A stretch of DNA of 62,969 nucleotides, counting the filler, from Collodictyon triciliatum (Eukaryota), in assembly GCA_043381765.1 (NCBI GenBank). It is 4 parts of 4 records of this genome, joined end to end, with 100 filler letters (N's around TTAATTAATTAA, not from the genome) between each part and the next. Parts side by side here need not be neighbours in the genome. Positions count along the whole stretch, not along the records: positions 32,589 to 51,886 come from JBHJMP010001361.1; positions 51,987 to 62,969 come from JBHJMP010001371.1; 2 more parts are not named here. One strand, written 5' to 3'. The position numbers and the translations under genes are program-made. The notes under the pieces are model-generated. The model was not told where the DNA came from. It searched no databases and saw nothing but the letters and a program-made list of their open reading frames with translations. Each line of letters starts with the position of its first letter. Position 1 is the stretch's first letter. Shown here piece by piece: positions 45,223 through 62,969 of this stretch.

Positions 45223-48200
45223 TTATCTTGCATTTTGTGAGCACAATACCACAAATCCGACCCATCGGCGAATGTATTTCTGAAATCTAGTGTTCAATTC
45301 AAAATTCAATACATAACTCTTTACTGGATTCATTCAGCTTCTTCACATATAGTGCATGCTATAAAAATTCCAAGGGTGCATAATCAGACAAAACTCTGAA
45401 TCGATTAAAAAACATAGGGAGATACATTTTTCTTCCTTTTGATGTATGGGTATGAGTATGGGTTTTATGTTAGATAATTAATTAATTTATAATTTTTTTT
45501 AATTCTTACGATTGGTAGCTCAATCCCCTTCTCAGCAAAGTCGCAATTGTCTAAGCTCAACTCTTCAATGTCAGACTTTCCCCAATTAATCTGCAGAAAA
45601 TGTCATCAGTTTAAGTCGATTCAAAATCTCCTCACTCAGATATTCATTTTATTTTTTGTGTAAACAAAATTAGATAGAAAATATGGAATGACATATTTCA
45701 ATCACATACATCCAAAAGAGCATCAGCCTTTATTGGACCACAATGTTTGATGGAAATTCTTCTAATCCACGGGGATGAATTGATGATGCCCTTGATTACT
45801 TCTCCTCTGATATTAGGACACTAGATAAATTGTGAATTTATATTGACAAAATCTTCTATTTTTAACATTGATGGAAATGAAATCACAGATACGTTTTCGA
45901 TGTGAAACTCTCGCAAAGACGACTTCTTTGAGGCTAACCAAGAGGTTATTGGTAAATCTATAGTAATTTTTTTCAATTTTTAGAAACAACAGCGAGAAAT
46001 ACGTCAATATAGCTATTTCAAAATGGTTGGATGATGTCATGGAGAAGAGCCCTCTTCCTGCATTCCCACTCTATGTCGACCGATTTCATTCTGGTTAAGG
46101 AGAAAGAGATATAACCTGATATGTCGGAAAATCCACGTAATTTTATTTTCTGGATATGGCGTTGGTCTCCAAGAAACATTTGAAATACATCATCAGACAA
46201 GGTTATTCCTCTCCCTCTTATGACCAATGTTTTCAATTGCACTTTACAATCGCTCAGTCCACTGTTTTATGATAAAGCAAATTAGAAAATTGCATGTAAA
46301 TAGAGAAAAGAGTTAACTGATGAGTACGATTATGATATCTTACTTTCCATCAATATATTTGCTTGAGTATGCCCAAAATCTTACGTGAAAAGAGCCTTCA
46401 AATCACTCTCCAACATGTAGTTTAAATGTATGGATTGCAGCGCCGGCAAAAAAGAAAGTAGTCTAGGTAATTGTTCCATAGACACTCCCTTAACACCCAC
46501 GGTGTGAAAATAATAGTATAAGTAAGTTTCTCATTTACAATTCTACACAAAAAGCATGAATTTTGTTGGGCGATGTGGCTGATTGATAGAGCGAGATATT
46601 CTAAAAGTAAACATAAAAATTATTCAAAATTAATTACATGGACAAGGTCTAGTCTTAATTTTCTTAAACTTGGCCAACTGTGCGTTTCAAGTAGAATAGC
46701 TGCATCAATTAGACCAGAGTCTGTGACGCCAGCACCAACACTCAGTCGAAGAGATTCTAGTCTAGGAGATTCTCGAAGCAACGCAATAAATTGTTTGTCT
46801 GAGAAGCCCCATCCACAGCAAAGTTTTTTTAAGTTTCCCAAGCAAGCAAAGTCAAAACTGGAGACGAAATTGCAGTCTGGAATATGAAGATGAACCATAG
46901 ACTTTGTGACCAATGGGGTTTTAATTGACTCGTTTTGATCAAACACTTTGCAACTCTCCATGCGCAGGACTTCCCAGTCTCTACTGGACAAAATCTTGAG
47001 AATCGTTTCACTTGAAAAATTTATTCTATGGAACAGAAACTTGAAGAAAAAAGTTCAGTTTTGCTTTAGTATTGGTAAAAAAATTTCACTGGAAGATGTT
47101 TGAAATGAAATCATGAGACAATTGATTCAAAAAATTTTTTGTGGTCGACTTACTTTTTTTATTGATGGGCGAGCTAAAATAAAATTAATCAAGGGCTCGG
47201 GAGAAAGAGAGCATCCAGAAACATCAACGTCATTCAAATGTAAAGAGTTCCCACAAAAAAGTGTCCATATTGCATCGGAGATGCTTGTTGTGCTCAAATT
47301 AATCTAATTTAATTGCGTATGAGCAATTAGCTAATTTTGTGTTATTTTAAAGGCCAACTTACATTTCCACAGGCCACTAGTCACAATTAAATTTACATTC
47401 TTTCTTTCAGTTTGCGCAAAATGGTGAAACTTTTGGCTTCGATTCGCGAGCCAGTTATAATTAAAAATTACTCTTTGAAGTTTGCTCATTTTAGGTAAAT
47501 TATCCTCCAAGTCATCATCTTTTATGATCTTACATCCTGACAAATCCAATACCTAGAGCACAGTGATCTCTTTTCAGTTAATATTTACATAAATATACTA
47601 GAAAGACACAATCGGCTCATTTTACCTTCAAATGCTTATGAAAGACTCGTAAAAGCTTCTTCAGAATCGGTCCGCTCAGCCAATCGCAATTGGAGAGTAA
47701 GAGCGTATGCATCTTCGTGATCGAGTTTGTTGGCTTCAGGGCTGGGAAATGACATTCCATCGTCGACTTCAAAGATAGGACCTTGAGCTTCATTAACACA
47801 GTATCTGGAATCGTTATTGCGCCATGATTGCATCCCTCTAGGTAAAGTTCCTCTATCTGTAGACGATAAGGATTACTTGAGCATTTTTATTTGATGTTTT
47901 TTTTTTGGAAGTTCGAAATATTACTGTATTTGCCTGAGTCCTTAGAAAATCAGCTATTTTGGAGCCAACCCTCCAGCAACCATTAAGATTTACTGCATAT
48001 TGAAATAAAGCGATCATACGATAAGCAGTTTGGAAATTTTGAGCCAAAATGAAAAGAATTTAACAGAAATCACAAACACAAACCACTCGAAAATCCAGAC
48101 TTTGAAACAGGCAGCAAATCTTCCACCCAAATGTTTGTTGAGCTTTCGAGGTTAAGTATCTATTTCATTTTTATTATAATTATTAATAAGTGCATAATAA

Positions 48201-49701
48201 TTGGTATATTCTCTGTTTTGCCAAACATTTGTGTCTATCTTATCAGTTCTATGCATACCTTTTCCTTCCAGCGTAGATTAAAATCATGGCTTGCTTCTTT
48301 TCCTTGATTGTTGACACCATCAAGCTGCTGGAAAATGCGACTGATTTCTTTATAGTATTTTTACTTAGGAACGTGAGTAGTCTCAGATAGAAAAAAATAA
48401 GCAATGGTCAACATACCCTCTTGAAGAAAATCGGGTAGGAACCGACCGAATAAGCATTCGTACATCCACGACTCCAAAACGCTCCTAATGCTCGGACTTG
48501 ATTCTCGGCCGACTCCTAAAGCTTCCGATGCCCACCTACACAAGAATCTTGCTCGCTGCACCTCTGATATATTCCATATGAATGGTTGCCTCGAAACCCA
48601 CATTATAATTTGACAATCAAGCTCAACTAAATCGGAGGCGTGAATATTATCGACCGTGTGCCACATATTTGTAATCCATTCTTTCGATATTAACTCAAGC
48701 GATTTGGATAGGAGGGGAGACAGGCATATTCCTACGTTTGGTGAGGAAGGTGAATCTGTCAGGCGAATAGAAGCCCACACTGCAAGACCGGAGGCCCATG
48801 CAATCCTGTGAGCTTGACTCAGCAACTGAAGCCGAAGTGACTCATCATCCCAAAACTCCACAAGTTCGGCCAATCGAATCCAGTCTAGGACAGAAGAAAT
48901 GGCATGCAAAGGAAAACCATAATGCACAAAAAGACAGCTATCCAGCGCTTCACTCAAGTGTTCCTCCACGTTCATCATCTCAGTACTTGTTTTGAAAGAG
49001 CCTGAAAACAAAGACCGAAAGTATGTCGCTTGCCTCGTCAAAAGCACGATTCTGTGTAGCGCACGACCTTCGCATTGAATATCGCTTACTTGCAAACACA
49101 AAGACACAGCCAAAGTCATCTCCTCAGAATGCAAATACGACGGTACAGCAACGCGTAATTGTGTTTCCCGCGTAATATCTGTGCCTTCGTTTCTCTCTAT
49201 CCTGAAAAGAAAGTCTCGCTCGCGGCTGATACGCGCTGGTTCGAGAAGGCAAGTTAGTTTGCGTTGAGCATTCTCATCCACCCACTCAAAGCGCACAGAT
49301 GGGTCGAACTTCAGCCGGGTCACCCGTGGCTTTGTCGGAGCGTCTTCTGGCGGGCTGACAAGATGGGCCAAGGCTTCGCACGTGGCCAGGTTGAGAATAT
49401 GGAGCGTGTCACTCCAAAGCTCAGCTGGAGATACAACGAATGTCCCTGTGTATTGGCCGTGTTCTCGAAAGACTCGTTCGCGGATGTTTGGCAAGTACGA
49501 GAGGAGGATGGCATGGCCGATAAACTCATTGGGCTGCACAGTCGGGTCAACACATAGAAAGCGGACGTCGTGGAAAGGCACACTCGCCAGGAAGTTGCAG
49601 CGCTTGCAGATGTCTGTGTGGGCTGCTTTTGTGCTCGTGGAAGACGTGTCCAAGGCTATGGTGAACTTCCCAACAAGGCCGCAGTCTGCGAGCTCCGCCA
49701 T
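45223..49701 (-). CDS. BTB/BACK-like plus leucine-rich-repeat protein (3' end approximate)
   Basis: Exon 1 has LHRIVLL..QATYFRSLFSGSFK (BTB-like); later exons give Cys-containing LRRs: VNLNGCWRV, IEELYLEGC, MHTLLLSNCDWL, LK|VLDLSGCKII, LQR|INLSTTSISD, LESLRLSVGAGVTDSGL, IEELSLDNC. Confidence 0.72.
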
Positions 49702-49804
49702 TACTTTCTGGGCTCTTTTTTTGGTTACTTTTAGAGTTTTTTTTGGTGGGAAAAAGAAAAGGAAGGTGCTTTAGTGTCTAGGAGTTTGCAATAATAATAA
49801 CAAA

Positions 49805-49868
<64 letters not shown>

Positions 49869-50258
49869 GTGCAAAAAACATTATCAAGTGGCGTGTGGCT
49901 ATCCTCTCGGCCAGCTAGTGCCAAAAGCATGATAATTGATTCGAGAAAGAATTGACTCATATTCCCTCCCTCCCTCTTTCTTTCTTTCTTCGCCTTGGTA
50001 ACTTATTTATTTCAGAAGAAAATGACAAGCACGAGTAAAATATGGTAGCCCATAAAATGAAGAGGAAGAAGCGGTTTGGAACGCTATGATTATGCCAATT
50101 TATTCTGCATCAGAGCTTCGATGTTCTTCGATTAGAATGGCGGAGGACACATCGCTCTGAATTCATTTGATGATATGTTGTATTCCGCACACTATACAAG
50201 GTCCAAATGAATCCTATCTAGAGAAAAGCCTTTCATCCGAGAAATGAAAGATTTGACA

Positions 50259-51724
50259 TCATCGGTTGTCGTCGTATTCGATGTTGAACTCCGCAGTATT
50301 TGTTACTGGCGATTGCCTTCGAAGATGGGATTGAGGAGACGAGCGCTTTTCACGTTCGAAACGTTGCGTCAAAAGCAATTCCATGCGGATGCGATTCTCT
50401 TCGCTTTCATTCAGCTGTATGGTCAATATCCGTATCTGCCTTCGTAGTTCCTTATGTTCTCGCTCGACCGCCTGAGCTTCCTCCTAGAGATAGGTAAAGA
50501 TGCATCGATCACGGAAAATAACTGCATGGTTGCGAGAAGAAAAGGAAAAAGAGACTAAATTTACTGAAGGTATTGAACTATGAACCATGATTATTATATA
50601 TGATATTTCGGAATCTTTAGGGTTTTCTATGAGGGAAATGAAACCAAATATAAACACCTCTTCTCTTGCATATCCAACAGATTCTAACTGCGCAATTTTC
50701 CCAAGTTTTTCAGCATCGCCACTTACCTTGTCCCTTGCCCGTTGAAGCTCTGCGACAATGATGTCTAAATTAAGTACATAAACAGGGAAAGAAAAAAGAT
50801 ATACAAGTTTGAATATGTACATGAAGTTTATATTCTACCCAGTATTTCACGTTGCAAATCCTGAGCTTTCTTGTCTCTTGTTGCGATGATAGCTTTCAGG
50901 CGATCAACACCCATTCGAGCTGATTTCACCTGAGATGCAAAGGTTACATCGATTTGATAAGAAAGAAATATATAATTATAATTCAAACACATATGTTTAG
51001 GGGTATTAAAAATGTAAGAATGACGACTATTCATTGAACAGCTCGCCATCCTTATGGAGACCAAAAGAATATTGCCTGTTGAGCAGCATCCTTTGTCTCC
51101 TGAGTCATCTGCGTCCATCTGTACTGCTCAACATCATAATGGTCACGAAGCTAATAGTTCAATAAAAAATTAAGTGCGTGAATGATAATATTATCTGTAA
51201 TGTGAAATATGATGTATTGTAAATACATAAATTAAAAGGAATGAATGAGCCAAAGAATTTATTTTATTTTAATTTAAACTGTGATAAAGAGCAACGAAAG
51301 AAGATAAACAAATTGCAACCTGCTTCAACAGTTTTTCCATCTCAGTGTGCTTCACATTAGTCCTCCTCTCTTTTTCCAAAAGGTCATTGGTCCGATCCTT
51401 TTCCTTCTGCACCAATGCCTTATGACCCGCCAAAACCTGATTCTCCTCCGCCATTCGATTCTCAAACGACCATAATTCCCTTTGCAGCGCCTCCGTACGA
51501 TGATTTGTATCGTCTCGTCGCTGCTCAAGGCTCTTCGCGTGGGCACGAAGCTCGAGAAGCTGGTCTTCCCCCATCAAAATATTGCGCTGATGCTGTTCCG
51601 TCCTGCGCTGCAACTGACTCAGCTGCTCCTCCAGATGCGCGCATTCGTGCCGAAGATGCTGCAGTTCCTGTGTCTTTGCATGATTTTGCTCCCAGCGTTG
51701 CTGCATACGCTGGTTCAGGCGGAT
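50259..51724 (-). CDS. 3' part of a coiled-coil protein (5' end lost at contig end)
   Basis: Five exons splice in frame (one via CAG|gcaata) giving E/Q/R/L-rich heptads, TGA at 50259. Confidence 0.75.
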
Positions 51725-51886
51725 CTGTGGACGACATGATTATTTGATAAGCTTCCCTGTATCTCTTGTTTTTTTTTTATTTATTTGTTTGTTTTTGTTT
51801 GTTTTTGTTTGTTTTTGTTTGTTTTTGTTTGTTTTTGTTTGTTTTTGTTTGTTTTTGTTTGTTTTTGTTTGTTTTTGTTTGTTTGT

Positions 51887-51986
51887 NNNNNNNNNNNNNN
51901 NNNNNNNNNNNNNNNNNNNNNNNNNNNNNNTTAATTAATTAANNNNNNNNNNNNNNNNNNNNNNNNNNNNNNNNNNNNNNNNNNNN
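51887..51986. other. artificial contig linker
   Basis: N-TTAATTAATTAA-N with the 12-mer at 51931-51942. Confidence 0.95.
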
Positions 51987-62874
<10,888 letters not shown>

Positions 62875-62879
62875 GTGTA

Positions 62880-62918
<39 letters not shown>

Positions 62919-62969
62919 AAAAAACTTTTTTTTTTTTTTTTTTTTATACCTTTTTTTAATACCCTTTTT

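Noticed and set aside
45398-45412. TGAATCGATTAAAAA as another LINE stub (also GAATCGAATA at 27541)
   Set aside because: Matches too short and no TSD; expected by chance in AT-rich DNA.

Overview
Eukaryotic, AT-rich, gene-dense and very intron-rich genomic DNA; the GPR137-, TMEM132- and REJ/GAIN-like genes suggest a protist, possibly a unicellular opisthokont, but the species cannot be named from the sequence. The window is four contigs joined by artificial N-TTAATTAATTAA-N linkers (13838, 32533, 51931), so adjacency across linkers means nothing. Genes reconstructed by hand-splicing: homogentisate 1,2-dioxygenase, a PAK/STE20 kinase, a HRD1-type RING-H2 3' exon, an ABCC/MRP transporter (37 introns), PPIL4, a BRCT-WWE-WGR PARP, USP12/46, a WRN/EXD2-type DEDDy exonuclease, a GPR137-like membrane protein, a CoA-type Nudix hydrolase, a BTB-LRR protein, two hypothetical coiled-coil proteins, and a giant surface protein. 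Highlights: (1) relaxed splicing signals, with at least 7 GC-AG introns (5 of 37 in ABCC) lacking the usual compensating consensus, plus frequent AAG and one GAG acceptor; (2) the giant protein combines TMEM132-like cohesin/Ig modules, a cohesin-dockerin pair and polycystin REJ-GAIN/GPS modules; (3) a LINE-like family present as one ~520 bp fragment and ~35 bp intronic stubs with perfect 15-17 bp target-site duplications. All family calls come from motif recognition, not database searches.
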